Shown here piece after piece: positions 19,656-30,745 of a stretch of 64,000 bases of DNA; position 1 is the first letter of the stretch, and each line of letters starts with the position of its first letter. Source of the stretch: Sphingomonadaceae bacterium (GTDB lineage Bacteria; Chloroflexota; UBA6077); contig JBLNDL010000092.1 in assembly GCA_050261575.1 (NCBI GenBank), positions 1-64,000 on the forward strand. The letters run 5' to 3'. The notes under the pieces were generated by a model. That model was not told where the DNA came from and made no database searches. It saw nothing but the letters and a program-made list of their open reading frames with translations. Both the position numbers and the translations under genes were made by a program.

Positions 19656-20534
19656 TCAGATCTGGTAGGTCTCGAAGAGCCTCTTGTCGGCCTCACCCAG
19701 GACGTCGGCGAAGACCTCCACGTACGGCTCGAGTCCCGAGTTCTTCAGCTTCTTCTTCAGCAGCTCGTCCAACTGGAAGAGACCGGCGGCGTTCAGCATG
19801 TGCACCGTGATGCGGATCGGCTTCGTCTCCCCCTCCTCGATGACCACGCTGTCCACGGCAGCCGCCGACACTGAGTGGATGTTCATCTGCCCCGCCTCGA
19901 AGACGATGCGGCTCCGCCCTTTGGCCATGTCCAGGGCGTCACCCAGCCGCACCGCCCCCGCCTCCAGGGTCAAGGGGCGTCCGTCGCTGCGATGGTTCAG
20001 CACCGCGTGGAGCACCTCCGAAACGATCACCCGCTTCTGCACCGTAGGGTAGATCCCATCCAGCAGCTCCATCGCCTTCTGATGGGTGATGAACAGCCCC
20101 ATCTCCTCGTGGTTCACTCGGTCGATGGACATCCCCACGTCGTGGAGCAGGGAGGCCAGAACCACCACCACCTCCGCGTCCTCGTTGGTCAACCGGTGGT
20201 TCTTGACCACGCTCGGAACGAGTCCGCTGGCCATCAACATACGAAGGATCCGCAGGGAAATGTTCACGACGATCTGCATGTGGATTGGGCCGTGGTCGCT
20301 CATGCCCAGCCGATCCACGGCGTTGATGTTCTGGCAGCGCCACAGGGTGTGTAGATCCTCGTCGGCGTTGACGCGCGCCAGCAACTGCTGGAGCACCGGG
20401 TTGTGCTTCGCTGGAAGCCGGATCATCTCCGAAGGGTGAAGGGGCTCCGTGCCCACCGGCGTGGTCTCCGGCTGAGCCATCTGGAAGCCTTCCACCTGCT
20501 GGACCTCGGGCTTCGGGCCGGTCTCCTGGGCCAT
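19656..20534 (-). CDS. HD-domain metal-dependent phosphohydrolase
   Basis: DHGPIH, LLHDVG, NH and DALDMAKGRSR motifs. GGAGGG SD. Confidence 0.88.
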   Translation of the reverse strand: MAQETGPKPEVQQVEGFQMAQPETTPVGTEPLHPSEMIRLPAKHNPVLQQLLARVNADEDLHTLWRCQNINAVDRLGMSDHGPIHMQIVVNISLRILRMLMASGLVPSVVKNHRLTNEDAEVVVVLASLLHDVGMSIDRVNHEEMGLFITHQKAMELLDGIYPTVQKRVIVSEVLHAVLNHRSDGRPLTLEAGAVRLGDALDMAKGRSRIVFEAGQMNIHSVSAAAVDSVVIEEGETKPIRITVHMLNAAGLFQLDELLKKKLKNSGLEPYVEVFADVLGEADKRLFETYQI

Positions 20535-20670
20535 CGCTATCCCTCCAGTCTCTTGCTCGCCCCCAAGTGGGTCGCTGATAGCCTACGATGCCGATCGCCA
20601 CGAGCGCAAGGGGCGCCCGCCGCCCGGTCTGCGGCTCGCGTCGACCTTGTAGCAGCAGTGGTCTCCAACT

Positions 20671-20714
20671 GTTTACGAGACGTTAACAATCCGTTGAACG
20701 GTCGTTAAACCAGC
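20671..20714 (+). promoter_or_regulatory. PHO box: four 11-bp direct repeats upstream of pstS
   Basis: gtttacgagac / gttaacaatcc / gttgaacggtc / gttaaaccagc begin at 20671, 20682, 20693 and 20704, an exact 11-bp period typical of PhoB/PhoP sites. Confidence 0.8.
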
Positions 20715-20781
20715 ACCGCTAAGCTTCTGGACGGAAACGAGGTAAAGATACAGAGAAGGCTCGAGGAGCAGAAAGGAAACC

Positions 20782-21954
20782 ATGTTCAGAGGAGCAGAGC
20801 AGTCCAGAGGGACAACCGGGCTCGCGGTCCGGGGGTGGAGGAAGCTGCTGGCTGGTGGCCTGGCCGTGGCAGTGCTTGCCACCACCGCCGCCTGCAGCGG
20901 CAGCGCAACGCCGATCGCAGCGCCCTCCAAGTCCAGAGAGGCGCCCAAGGCGGCTCCGGCGGCGGCCGCCGGCTCGGCAAAGGAGCTTACCGGGGCCGGC
21001 GCCACCTTCCCCTACCCCCTCTACTCCAAGTGGTTCGACGTCTACAACCAGAAGACGGGCATCAAGGTCAACTATCAGTCGGTGGGATCGGGCGCCGGCA
21101 TCAAGCAGCTAACCGAGAGGACCGTGGACTTCGGCGCCAGCGACGCCCCCATGAGCGAGCAGCAGATCCAGCAGGCCGGGGGCGGGGACATCTTCCACAT
21201 CCCCACGGTCGCGGGGGCCGTGGTGGTGATATACAACCTCCAGGGCGTCGAGGGTGGGCTGAGGCTAACCCCCGAGACCCTGTCCGGCATCTACCTGGGG
21301 CAGATCAAGAGGTGGAGCGACCCCAGGATCGTCGCCGATAACGCCAGCGCCAGGCTCCCCGACACCGACATCGCCCTGGTCCATCGCTCCGACGGCAGCG
21401 GCACCACCAGCATCTTCACCGGCTACCTGAGCGCCGTCAGCACCGAATGGAAGGGCAAGGTCGGCAATGGCACCTCGGTGAACTGGCCGGCCGGGCTGGG
21501 AGCCAAGGGCAACGAGGGGGTCGCCGGGCAGGTGAGGCAGACCCCGGGCGCCGTCGGCTACGTGGAGCTGGCCTACGCCGTACAGAACAAGCTGACCTAC
21601 GCCTCCTTGAAGAACCAGGCGGGCAAGTTCGTCGACGCCACCATCGAGTCGACCACCGCGTCGGCGGCAGGCGCGGCCGCAACGATGCCCGACCACCTGC
21701 GGGTCTCCCTGGTGAACGCCCCGGGTGAGGACTCCTATCCCATCGCAGGCTTCACCTGGCTCCTTGTGCGGAAGGAGCAGGGGGACGCCGCCAGGGGCAA
21801 GGCTCTGGTGGACCTGCTGTGGTGGGGGCTCCACGACGGACAGAAGTACGCCAGCGAGCTGCTGTACGCGCCGCTTCCCCGCGAGGTGGTCAAGAAGGCC
21901 GAGGCGATGGTGAGAGCGGTCACCTTCGACAGCAAGCCGCTGTACAGCAACTAG
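20782..21954 (+). CDS. pstS: Phosphate ABC transporter substrate-binding lipoprotein
   Basis: GAGATFPYPLY, YQSVGSGAG, DFGASD, RSDGSGTT and GAKGNEGV; lipobox TAAC. Confidence 0.97.
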   Translation: MFRGAEQSRGTTGLAVRGWRKLLAGGLAVAVLATTAACSGSATPIAAPSKSREAPKAAPAAAAGSAKELTGAGATFPYPLYSKWFDVYNQKTGIKVNYQSVGSGAGIKQLTERTVDFGASDAPMSEQQIQQAGGGDIFHIPTVAGAVVVIYNLQGVEGGLRLTPETLSGIYLGQIKRWSDPRIVADNASARLPDTDIALVHRSDGSGTTSIFTGYLSAVSTEWKGKVGNGTSVNWPAGLGAKGNEGVAGQVRQTPGAVGYVELAYAVQNKLTYASLKNQAGKFVDATIESTTASAAGAAATMPDHLRVSLVNAPGEDSYPIAGFTWLLVRKEQGDAARGKALVDLLWWGLHDGQKYASELLYAPLPREVVKKAEAMVRAVTFDSKPLYSN

Positions 21955-21972
21955 CCACCAAGGAGACAGTCT

Positions 21973-22944
21973 ATGTCGAGAGCATCGGGGCTGGAGGCGA
22001 CGGCACCTCCCCAGCCCCTGCAATCCAGTGTCGGAAATCGGGGTGACCGGATCTTCAAGTGGACGGTCACCGCCGCGGCGTGCGCCATACTGGCGCTGTT
22101 TGCCCTCATCGCCTTCAAGATGATCGACTCCTCCGGCCTGGCGATCCAGCGATTCGGCCTCGGCTTCCTGACGAGGACCAGCTGGGACCCCGTCTTCGAG
22201 GAGTTCGGGGCGTTGCCCTTCATCTTCGGCACCCTGGTGTCCTCCCTGCTTGCCCTCTTGATAGGGGCTCCACTCGGTCTCGGGACCGCCATCTGGCTGG
22301 CGGAGCTGGCTCCCGAATGGCTGCGGTCGCCGGTGTCCGCCCTGGTGGAGTTGCTGGCGGCCATACCCAGCGTGGTGTACGGACTGTGGGGGATCTTCGT
22401 CCTGGCCCCCTGGCTCCGCTCCACGGTGGAGCCGTTCCTGTCCGGGGCCTTCGGCTTCCTCCCCCTCTTCCAGGGGCCGGCTTACGGCTTTGGCATGCTT
22501 GCCGGCGGGTTGATCCTGGCCGTGATGATCGTTCCCACCATCACCGCGGTGTCCCGCGACGTGATGCGAGCCGTGCCCAACACCCAACGAGAGGCGATGC
22601 TGGCCCTCGGGGCCACCCGGTGGGAGACGATTCGGAAGGCGGTGCTGCCCTACGCGAGCTCCGGCATCGTCGGGGCGGTGATCCTCGGGCTTGGGCGCGC
22701 CCTGGGAGAGACCATGGCCGTCACGATGCTGATCGGCAACAGGCCGGAGATCTCGGCCTCCCTCTTCGCCCCCTCCTACACCATGGCCAGCGTCATCGCC
22801 AACGAGTTCACCGAGGCCACCTACGATCTCTACCTGGCTGCCCTGATCGAGATAGGGCTGGTGCTCCTCGGGGTGACCCTGCTGCTCAACGTACTGGCAC
22901 GATTGCTCGTGTGGCGGACCGCGTACGGTCCGCCGCGAGGCTGA
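21973..22944 (+). CDS. pstC: Phosphate ABC transporter permease
   Basis: ELLAAIPSVVYGLWG and GRALGETMAV; operon position. Confidence 0.97.
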   Translation: MSRASGLEATAPPQPLQSSVGNRGDRIFKWTVTAAACAILALFALIAFKMIDSSGLAIQRFGLGFLTRTSWDPVFEEFGALPFIFGTLVSSLLALLIGAPLGLGTAIWLAELAPEWLRSPVSALVELLAAIPSVVYGLWGIFVLAPWLRSTVEPFLSGAFGFLPLFQGPAYGFGMLAGGLILAVMIVPTITAVSRDVMRAVPNTQREAMLALGATRWETIRKAVLPYASSGIVGAVILGLGRALGETMAVTMLIGNRPEISASLFAPSYTMASVIANEFTEATYDLYLAALIEIGLVLLGVTLLLNVLARLLVWRTAYGPPRG

Positions 22945-22945
22945 G

Positions 22946-23857
22946 ATGGCAGACACGTCGACGACGAGACCCGCCGAGGGAACGCGGGGGCGATCACCGG
23001 AGACCCCCGGCACCTCGCAGGGCAGCCACCTGAGGCGCAAGGCAGCCAATGCCACCATGCTGGCCCTCTCGGGATTCAGCGCAGCGATGGCCGTGGCCCT
23101 CCTCGTGGCGGTGCTGGGTTACACCCTGTTCCAGGGGGGCTCCGCCCTCAGCCCAGGGTTCTTCACCGGCCTGCCCAAACCGGTCGGAGAGCCCGGCGGG
23201 GGGATGGCCAACGCTATAGTCGGAACCCTGATACTGCTGGCCATCGCCTCGGCCATCGGCCTCCCCATCGGGATCGGCGCGGGCATTTACCTTTCCGAGT
23301 TCGGCGCGGGCAGGTTGGGGAGCATCGTGCGGTTCGTCTCCGACATCCTCACCGGCATCCCCTCCATAACCATCGGCATCTTCGGCTACACCGTGGTGGT
23401 GCTGCCCATGGGTAGCTTCTCGGCCCTGGCCGGCGGCTTCGCCCTGGCCATCATCATGATACCGACGGTGACCCGAGCGACGGAGGAGATAATGAAGCTG
23501 GTCCCGGGCAGCCTCCGGGAGGCGTCCCTTGCCCTCGGGGTCCCCATGTGGAAGACGGTGCTGCGGGTGGTGATGCCTGCGGCCATGGGGGGCATAATCA
23601 CCGGAGCCATGCTGGCCATAGCCCGGGTGGGCGGCGAGACGGCACCCCTGCTCTTCACCGCCTTCGGCAACCGCTTCTGGTCCTTGGATCCGACCCGACC
23701 GATGGCCGCCATCCCGCTGCAGGTCTTCACCTACGCCATCTCCCCCTACGACGACTGGCGCGCCCAGGCATGGGCCGGAGCCTTCGTCCTGGTGAGCATG
23801 GTGCTGATAATCAACGTGGTGGCCCGATTCCTGGTCCGCAAGACGAATACGCATTGA
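22946..23857 (+). CDS. pstA: Phosphate ABC transporter permease
   Basis: GIYLSEF, GIPSI, REASLALG and ARVGGETAPLLFT. Confidence 0.97.
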   Translation: MADTSTTRPAEGTRGRSPETPGTSQGSHLRRKAANATMLALSGFSAAMAVALLVAVLGYTLFQGGSALSPGFFTGLPKPVGEPGGGMANAIVGTLILLAIASAIGLPIGIGAGIYLSEFGAGRLGSIVRFVSDILTGIPSITIGIFGYTVVVLPMGSFSALAGGFALAIIMIPTVTRATEEIMKLVPGSLREASLALGVPMWKTVLRVVMPAAMGGIITGAMLAIARVGGETAPLLFTAFGNRFWSLDPTRPMAAIPLQVFTYAISPYDDWRAQAWAGAFVLVSMVLIINVVARFLVRKTNTH

Positions 23858-23865
23858 GGTGAGCG

Positions 23866-24699
23866 ATGTTGGACGTGAAGCCCCAGCTCTCGAACAGGCT
23901 GACTGATCTTTCCATGGTCGAGACGGCGGGCAAGCGCGTAGAGATCCAGGAGATCAGCGCCTGGTACGGGGAGAGACTGGCCGTCGAGAAGGTCAGCCTC
24001 TCGATCGAGGCCAATCGGGTAACCGCGATCATCGGCCCGTCGGGCTGCGGCAAGTCCACCCTGATACGCTGCATCAACCGGATGCACGAGGTGGTGCCCG
24101 GCGCTCGGGTGGCCGGCAAGGTACTGCTGGAGACCGAAGACATCTACGCCGCGGGGGTCGACCCGGTAAGCGTTCGCCGCCGCGTCGGCATGGTCTTTCA
24201 GAAGCCGAACCCCTTCCCCACCATGTCCATCTTCGAGAACGTGGCTTCCGGCCTGCGATTGAACGGCCTTGCCAATCGCCGGACGTTGCCCGCCATCGTG
24301 GAGAAGAGCCTGCGGCAGGCGGCCCTGTGGGACGAGGTGAAGGACAAGCTGAACCAGCCCGGCACCGCCCTGTCGGGTGGGCAGCAGCAGCGTCTTTGCA
24401 TCGCCCGCGCCCTCGCCGTGCAGCCCGACGTTCTGCTGATGGACGAGCCGGCCAGCGCCCTGGATCCCGTAGCCACCATGCGTATCGAGGAGCTGATACA
24501 GGAGCTGAAGCAGACCTACACCATCGTCATCGTCACCCATAACATGCAGCAAGCGGCGCGGGTGTCCGACTACACCGCCTTCATGCTGGCGGGCGAGGAG
24601 CGGGTGGGACGGCTGATCGAGTTCGGCGAGACCAACAGGATATTCACGAATCCGCGGGACAAGCGCACCGAGGACTACATCACCGGCCGATTCGGCTGA
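23866..24699 (+). CDS. pstB: Phosphate ABC transporter ATP-binding protein
   Basis: [31 protein letters not shown] and [10 protein letters not shown]. Confidence 0.98.
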   Translation: MLDVKPQLSNRLTDLSMVETAGKRVEIQEISAWYGERLAVEKVSLSIEANRVTAIIGPSGCGKSTLIRCINRMHEVVPGARVAGKVLLETEDIYAAGVDPVSVRRRVGMVFQKPNPFPTMSIFENVASGLRLNGLANRRTLPAIVEKSLRQAALWDEVKDKLNQPGTALSGGQQQRLCIARALAVQPDVLLMDEPASALDPVATMRIEELIQELKQTYTIVIVTHNMQQAARVSDYTAFMLAGEERVGRLIEFGETNRIFTNPRDKRTEDYITGRFG

Positions 24700-24753
24700 G
24701 AGAACCCCCTTCCCCTCCTGATAGGGGAAGGGGCAGAGGGAAGGGGTATTACC

Positions 24754-25425
24754 GTGAGCACCACCCGATCGACCTTCGATCGCCAGCTGGCCGCACTGAA
24801 GGACGACGTGCTGATCCTGGGCAGCATGGTAGACAAGGCCATCGCCCGCTCCGTGGATGCGTTGAAGCGGCGTGACCGGAACGAGGCGGAGATGATCATC
24901 TCCGACGACATGAAGATCAACCGGAAGCGGTTCGAGATAGAGGACAAGTGTCTGCTGCTGCTGGCGACCCAGCAGCCGATGGCCAGCGACCTTCGGGTGG
25001 TCGCCGCGGCCATGAGCATCATCACCGATCTGGAGCGGATTGCCGACCACGCCGAGGGGATCGCCAAGATCAACCTGTTGATGGGCGATGAGCCGCTGCT
25101 GAAGCCGCTGGTCGACATACCCCGAATGGCCGAAAAGGCCCAGGACATGCTGCGCAGAAGCCTGGATGCCTTCGTGGCTCGGGATGCAGATGGAGCAAGG
25201 GCCCTGACCTCCGAGGACGACGAGGTGGACGCGCTGTACGACCGCGTCTACAGGGATCTGCTGGACATCATGATCAAGGACCCCGGCACCATCACCCGTG
25301 CCACCTACCTCCTCTGGGCAGCCCACAACCTGGAACGGGTTGCCGACCGGGCGACCAACATCTGCGAGCGGGTGGTCTTCATGGTGACCGGCCAGATGGA
25401 GGAGACGAACGTCTCCAAGTATTAG
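24754..25425 (+). CDS. phoU: Phosphate signalling protein PhoU
   Basis: QQPMASDLR, DLERIADHA and NLERVADRATNICE. Confidence 0.97.
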   Translation: MSTTRSTFDRQLAALKDDVLILGSMVDKAIARSVDALKRRDRNEAEMIISDDMKINRKRFEIEDKCLLLLATQQPMASDLRVVAAAMSIITDLERIADHAEGIAKINLLMGDEPLLKPLVDIPRMAEKAQDMLRRSLDAFVARDADGARALTSEDDEVDALYDRVYRDLLDIMIKDPGTITRATYLLWAAHNLERVADRATNICERVVFMVTGQMEETNVSKY

Positions 25426-25574
25426 GAAGGCGCCGATCCTGGAGGACGAGGCTCCTGCCGAGCCTTCGTGCTCCCATCTTCCGGACGGCGAGCCTAGAGG
25501 CTCGCTCTCCAGGCCTATCCCGCGGACCGACCCTGATATAATCAAAGACACACCCCACGGAGGCACAGCATCCA

Positions 25575-26267
25575 TTGGCGAAGATCCTGGTGGTGGAGGA
25601 CGAGCGGATCCTGCTGGATACCCTTCGGTACAACCTCTCCAAGGCCGGCTACGAGGTTCGGACCGCCGACGACGGCGAGGCGGCGCTGAGGGTGGCCCGA
25701 CAGGAATCCCCGGATCTGGTCATCCTGGACGTCATGCTCCCCAAGGTGGACGGCTTCGACGTCTGCCGCACCCTCCGCCAGGAAAGCTCCGTCCCCATCC
25801 TGATGCTCACAGCCCGGGACGACGAGGTGGACAAGGTGCTCGGCCTGGAGCTGGGCGCCGATGACTACCTCACGAAGCCCTTCAGCCTCCGAGAGCTGAT
25901 GGCTCGGGTGAAGGCGCTGCTGCGACGGTCCGAGATGGTCCTCTCCGACGGCGAGCGTCTAGCTGGGAAACCCCTCCGAGAGGGCGACCTGGAGGTGGAT
26001 CTGCTCTCCCACCAGGCCTCACGGGCCGGCACCCCCCTTCATCTGAAGCCCAAGGAGTTCGACCTGCTGGCCTTCCTGATGCGCCAGCGCGGCCAGGCAT
26101 TCTCCCGCGACCAACTGCTGCAGCATGTGTGGGGATACGACTACGCGGGCGATACCCGCACGGTGGACGTCCACGTTCGCTGGCTCAGGGAGAAGGTGGA
26201 GGCAGACCCATCGAGCCCCCGGTTGATCGAAACGGTGAGGGGAATTGGATACCGATTCAAGTCGTAG
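25575..26267 (+). CDS. phoB: OmpR/PhoB family response regulator
   Basis: Receiver domain ([23 protein letters not shown]) plus winged helix ([20 protein letters not shown]); lies inside the pst locus. Confidence 0.9.
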   Translation: MAKILVVEDERILLDTLRYNLSKAGYEVRTADDGEAALRVARQESPDLVILDVMLPKVDGFDVCRTLRQESSVPILMLTARDDEVDKVLGLELGADDYLTKPFSLRELMARVKALLRRSEMVLSDGERLAGKPLREGDLEVDLLSHQASRAGTPLHLKPKEFDLLAFLMRQRGQAFSRDQLLQHVWGYDYAGDTRTVDVHVRWLREKVEADPSSPRLIETVRGIGYRFKS

Positions 26268-26301
26268 CAGCGGGATACCTCTTACCTCGGCCTGCGGCGA
26301 C

Positions 26302-28089
26302 GTGCGGCCCTTCTCCAGCAGGAGACTCCCACTCGGCAGCCTTCGCGCACGCATCGCGCTGACCTTCGCCGCCCTGATGATCCTCTGCGTCGGCGCCCTG
26401 AGCCTCTACCTGATGGAGGTAGGGCAGGGATCCTACCTGGACACCCTGCACCAGGGGGTGGAGGGCCAGGCGAAGCTGGTGAGCGTGGCGATGCGCCCCT
26501 ATCTGCTGGAGTCCCGGTCTCCGCAGGAGATCGATGCCCTGACCAAGGGGCTGGGCCGGGAAACCGGCATCCGGGTGACTATCATCGACCGATCGGGGGT
26601 CGTGCTTGGGGACTCGGAGCACGATCCGGCCACCATGGAGAACCACGGCCAGCGGCCGGAGGTGCGTGCAGCCCTGGAGATCGGCAACGGTGAGAGCCGG
26701 CGCCGCAGCGACACGGTCGGCTACGAAACCCTCTACGTGGCGGTCCCCATAACCGAGGGGGATCGAGTGCTGGGGATTGCCCGGGTGGCCCTACCCATCG
26801 CGGAGATCAACCAGGCGACGGAGGGGATCGCCAGGGCCATCGGGTTGGGAGGGCTGGTAGCCATCGCCCTGGCCGTGGGGCTGGCGCTGCTGATAGCGAG
26901 AAGCGTCGTAGGCCCCGTAGAGGAGCTCACCCGGGCCGCCGGCCGCATGGCCGAGGGGGATCTGGACCAGCGGGTGGGGGTCTACAGTCGGGACGAGGTG
27001 GGACGGCTGTCCAGGGCCTTCGACCTGATGGCGGACCGTCTGCAGAGCACCATAAGGACCATTTCCTCAGAGAGGAACACCCTGTCGACCGTGCTCTCCA
27101 CTATGGCCGACGGGATCCTGATCGTGGACCGCAAGGGGAGGGTCGTTCAGGCCAACCGCGCGGCGGCTGCCCTCCTGGGAGCGCCCGCACCGGCCATGGA
27201 GGGCAGGTCCTTCGTGGAGGTGCTGAGGGACCACGAGCTGAGCACCGTGCTGGAGAGATGTCTGCGAGAGGCCGCCCCTTCGAGTGGAACGGCCGAGGTG
27301 GGCCCCAGCAGGAGATTCCTCCGCATCGTGGCAACCCCCCTGCAAAAAGGGCAGGAGGGTGCCCTGGCGCTGCTGCAGGACCTGACCGAGATCCGGCGGA
27401 TGGAGACGGTGCGCCGCGACTTCGTCGCCAACGTCTCTCACGAGCTTCGCACCCCCCTTGCCTCCCTCAAGGCGCTGGTGGAGACCCTGGAGGATGGAGC
27501 CATCGTCGAGCCGGAGGCGGCCCGAGACTTCCTCTCCAAGATGCACGTCGAGGTGGACGGCCTGGCCCAGATGGTGACCGAGCTGCTGGAGCTCTCCCGC
27601 ATCGAGAGCAGTCGGGTGGCCCTCAGCTTCGAGCCGGAGGAGGTGGAGCCGCTGGTGCGGGGGGCGGTGGATCGGCTGGCGGCCCAGGCCGACCGGGCCA
27701 GCCTGAAGCTGTCGGTGCAGCTACCCGCCGACCTGCCCAGGGTGTCGGCCGACCGTGAGAGGATCCAGCAGGTCCTGGTGAACCTGATCCACAACGCCAT
27801 CAAGTTCACCCCCACTGGAGGAGAGATCGTCGTCGGGGCCCTCCGCCGAGGGGACCAGGTCCACGTCTGGGTGGCCGACACCGGCGTGGGCATCCCGCCG
27901 GATGCGCTGCCGCGGATCTTCGAGCGGTTCTACAAGGCGGATCGCTCTCGTTCGGGCGGAGGCACCGGGCTAGGGCTGGCCATCGCGAGGCACGTGGTGG
28001 AGGCCCACGGCGGCCGGATCTGGGCGGAAAGCGCCGAAGGGAAGGGCTCCACCTTCACCTTCAGCCTGCCGGTGGACACCGGGTTCTGA
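26302..28089 (+). CDS. phoR: PhoR-type sensor histidine kinase (2 TM, HAMP, PAS, HisKA, HATPase)
   Basis: MENH..RPE extracytoplasmic motif, DFVANVSHELRTPL, NLIHNAIKF, RIFERFYK.DRSR and GGTGLGLAI. Start is uncertain (26245-26302). Confidence 0.9.
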   Translation: MRPFSSRRLPLGSLRARIALTFAALMILCVGALSLYLMEVGQGSYLDTLHQGVEGQAKLVSVAMRPYLLESRSPQEIDALTKGLGRETGIRVTIIDRSGVVLGDSEHDPATMENHGQRPEVRAALEIGNGESRRRSDTVGYETLYVAVPITEGDRVLGIARVALPIAEINQATEGIARAIGLGGLVAIALAVGLALLIARSVVGPVEELTRAAGRMAEGDLDQRVGVYSRDEVGRLSRAFDLMADRLQSTIRTISSERNTLSTVLSTMADGILIVDRKGRVVQANRAAAALLGAPAPAMEGRSFVEVLRDHELSTVLERCLREAAPSSGTAEVGPSRRFLRIVATPLQKGQEGALALLQDLTEIRRMETVRRDFVANVSHELRTPLASLKALVETLEDGAIVEPEAARDFLSKMHVEVDGLAQMVTELLELSRIESSRVALSFEPEEVEPLVRGAVDRLAAQADRASLKLSVQLPADLPRVSADRERIQQVLVNLIHNAIKFTPTGGEIVVGALRRGDQVHVWVADTGVGIPPDALPRIFERFYKADRSRSGGGTGLGLAIARHVVEAHGGRIWAESAEGKGSTFTFSLPVDTGF

Positions 28090-28184
28090 GTGCTGGGTTC
28101 TGGGTTCTGAGTGCTGGGTGCTGAGTGTTCTCTCCCTCTCCCAAAGGGAGAGGGAATCTCCCCGTCTCCCCGTCTCCCCGTCCC
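28081..28184 (+). repeat. Heptamer tandem repeat, palindrome and octamer tandem repeat
   Basis: Seven gggttct/gagtgct-type units, then ccctctcccaaagggagaggg, then about three ccccgtct units. Confidence 0.8.
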
Positions 28185-28311
28185 CTTCTGTCCCTTCAAG
28201 TCCGATTTACCTGCCTCATGGCTTTTGCTATACTGGCTCCCACAGAGACTCCTGATACTCACTTCCCTCACAATCACCCTTTCTGGCGTACTATCTTTGG
28301 GGAGGCTTGGC

Positions 28312-30579
28312 ATGGCGAGCGGCGTCATCTTCTCCGAGTTGCACGTGCTCTCGGGAGAACGCCAGGAAAGCTCGGATCTGGTCGGGATCGCCGCCTCCCC
28401 CGTACTCTCGCTCTTCAAGCGGCGTCGCGGGCAACTGTTCACCATCGTGGAGCCCAGCCTCCCCGATTCGGAAGACGTGTGCCGGCGCCTGATCGAGACC
28501 ATCGAGGACGAGTACTTCCGCGACCCAGGCCGGTCCGTCACCGGCAGCCTCCGCCAGGCCATAGTCACCGCCAACGAACGGTTGCGCAGCGAGAACTCCA
28601 GGTCCACTCCCGACAGGCAGCTCCGAGCCGGACTCAGTTGCGCGGTGGTGCGGGAGAGCGACGTCTTCATAGCGCAGGTGGCGCCCGCGAACGCCTTCAT
28701 CCTGCACGGTGGAGAGGTCAAGCGGATCTTCAGCACCTACAGCGTGATCCCGGACGTCAGCAGCAACGGCACCAATCGAGCCTCGGACTCCCTGGGCTCC
28801 GGTCTGGACCCTCAGATCAACCTGGCCTACAGTCCCCTCGACGAGGGCGACCTGGTGGTCCTCGCCTCTGGGGCCTACTGGAAGCTCGTCCCCGATCGGT
28901 ACATCCTCGACGCTGCCAAGCACGTCGATCCGGAGCTGTCCGCCACCGAACTGTACGGCTGCTATCTGGCCCACGCCCGGCGCCCCACCACCTCCATGAT
29001 CGTCATCCGCATCTCGGAGGCGCCTGCTAGGCACGGTCGAAGCAATGGGAACGAGCGGCAAGAGGAGCCTCGCACGGCCCTCGTGGAGATGTCGGAGATC
29101 TCCGCGGTGGCGGAGCGGCCCGCCGCCCCCGAGCGTACCAAGCCGCCGGAGCGGCCCAAGCCGTTCGAGCAGCGACCCGTGGCCGCCCCGGGCAACCGCC
29201 AGAAGGCGCCTAGCGGCAACGTGCCCCGCGGGAGGGCTGAGCCCGCGCGCCGCCCCTCGCTGTGGGAACGGCTCAGGCCGGGAGGACAGAAGCGGTCGGC
29301 CCCACTGTACCCGCCCGGCCCTCCCCTGGAGGAGGTGGGCAGGTCATCGGTCCGGCTGAAGAGGAAGTACCCCCAGAACTGGAGCGACCGCCGCGGCGCC
29401 CCATCCTGGATAGGCAAGCCGATCCTGGTGTTGGTCCTGGCGGCCATCTTCGTGCTGGCGGGGACCTTCGGGATCAACAGTTGGAGGTCGTGGCAACTGG
29501 GAGATCCCGTGGCGCTGGCCCAGGAGGCCCAGCAGAAGCGCGCCCAGGCCGGCTCCGCTCCCGATCAGGCCGCCGCCCGGAGCCTGCTGGCCCAATCCTA
29601 CGAGCTGTTCAGCCGATCGTTGCGGGCCAAGGAGGACGAATCGATCAGGACGCAGGCCGCCGAGGTGCTGGCCGAGCTGGACCGGATCGACCGGATCGTG
29701 CGGATCGACCAGGTCAATACCCTGGTGGACTACACCCCCATAGTCGACGCCAAGGGTGACGTCACCCAACTGGCGCTGGATGGCAACAACCTCTACGTGA
29801 TGGACGAGGGGCTGGACCGATTGTACAAGTACAACCTGACCGCCGACGGCAAGGGGGTGCAGGATCCGGGCAAGCACGAGGTGCTGGTGAGGCGAGGGGA
29901 CAAGCTTGAGGGGGCGACAGTGGGCGATCTCCTGTCGCTGAGCTGGATGCCGGCGGGCCAACTGCGAGCCGCCCCCGCCCTGTTCGCCCTGGAGAGCGGC
30001 CGCTCCATCTTGACCTACGCCCCCAACGTGGGCCTGTCCCGCATCGAGGTGTCGGAGAGCCAGCGCTGGGGAAGCATCCAGGCCATCAACGGCTTCGCAG
30101 GAGGCCTCTACCTGCTGGACACGAAGCTGAAAGGGGTATTCTACTACCCTCCCACCAAGAACGGCTACGAGAGCGAGCCCTACACCATCGTGGACGCCAG
30201 GTCCAAGGTGGACCTCTCCCAGGCCGTGGACATCGCCCTGGACGGAAACCTGTACGTCCTGGAGGCCAGCGGCACCGTCAAGCGGTTCAACCGCGAGGGC
30301 CGGCCCCTCGACTTCGCGGACGAGTTGCCCGACGGACCCCTCAAGGGACCGAGAGCCCTCTTCGCCAGCGCCAACACTCGATCCCTTTACGTGCTGGATA
30401 CGGCGGGCGAGCGGATCATCCAGTTCTCGCCCGAGGGGAAGCTGCAGCGGCAGTTCAAGGCCGGCAAGGACGTCTCGTTCAAGGACCTCCGCGACATCTT
30501 CGTGGACGAGGGCGCGCGGAGAATGTACCTGCTGGCACACAAATCGCTGTTCAGCGTCGACCTACCGCCGATGCAGTGA
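28312..30579 (+). CDS. Bitopic membrane protein: PP2C/SpoIIE-like N-terminal fold, Pro-rich linker, single TM, helical segment and NHL-like beta-propeller
   Basis: [18 protein letters not shown] and [12 protein letters not shown] resemble PP2C folds; [16 protein letters not shown]; repeated LYVMD/LYLLD/LYVLE/LYVLD blades. GGAGG SD before ATG 28312. Confidence 0.7.
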   Translation: MASGVIFSELHVLSGERQESSDLVGIAASPVLSLFKRRRGQLFTIVEPSLPDSEDVCRRLIETIEDEYFRDPGRSVTGSLRQAIVTANERLRSENSRSTPDRQLRAGLSCAVVRESDVFIAQVAPANAFILHGGEVKRIFSTYSVIPDVSSNGTNRASDSLGSGLDPQINLAYSPLDEGDLVVLASGAYWKLVPDRYILDAAKHVDPELSATELYGCYLAHARRPTTSMIVIRISEAPARHGRSNGNERQEEPRTALVEMSEISAVAERPAAPERTKPPERPKPFEQRPVAAPGNRQKAPSGNVPRGRAEPARRPSLWERLRPGGQKRSAPLYPPGPPLEEVGRSSVRLKRKYPQNWSDRRGAPSWIGKPILVLVLAAIFVLAGTFGINSWRSWQLGDPVALAQEAQQKRAQAGSAPDQAAARSLLAQSYELFSRSLRAKEDESIRTQAAEVLAELDRIDRIVRIDQVNTLVDYTPIVDAKGDVTQLALDGNNLYVMDEGLDRLYKYNLTADGKGVQDPGKHEVLVRRGDKLEGATVGDLLSLSWMPAGQLRAAPALFALESGRSILTYAPNVGLSRIEVSESQRWGSIQAINGFAGGLYLLDTKLKGVFYYPPTKNGYESEPYTIVDARSKVDLSQAVDIALDGNLYVLEASGTVKRFNREGRPLDFADELPDGPLKGPRALFASANTRSLYVLDTAGERIIQFSPEGKLQRQFKAGKDVSFKDLRDIFVDEGARRMYLLAHKSLFSVDLPPMQ

Positions 30580-30745
30580 TGAGTGGGATGCGGGGGCCGG
30601 CGGCACTGCCGGCCCGATTGGTTGGCAAGCCCGGATGGGCGTGAGGCCCGCTGGGCGGGTTCTGCGGTGCCCCGAACAGTATCACCCTCACCTTGCGGCG
30701 CGAGCACAGCGTCGTGCCCCTCCGAGGGAGAGGGATCAGAAAAAG

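Noticed and set aside
21265..25575. Long antisense ORFs (597 and 609 aa here; similar ones opposite glnA, groEL, mre11 and folC)
   Set aside because: Shadow frames caused by high-GC codon bias opposite well-supported genes; no protein motifs.
28081..28184. Tandem repeats as a CRISPR array
   Set aside because: Units are 7-8 bp with no unique spacers, and there are no cas genes.
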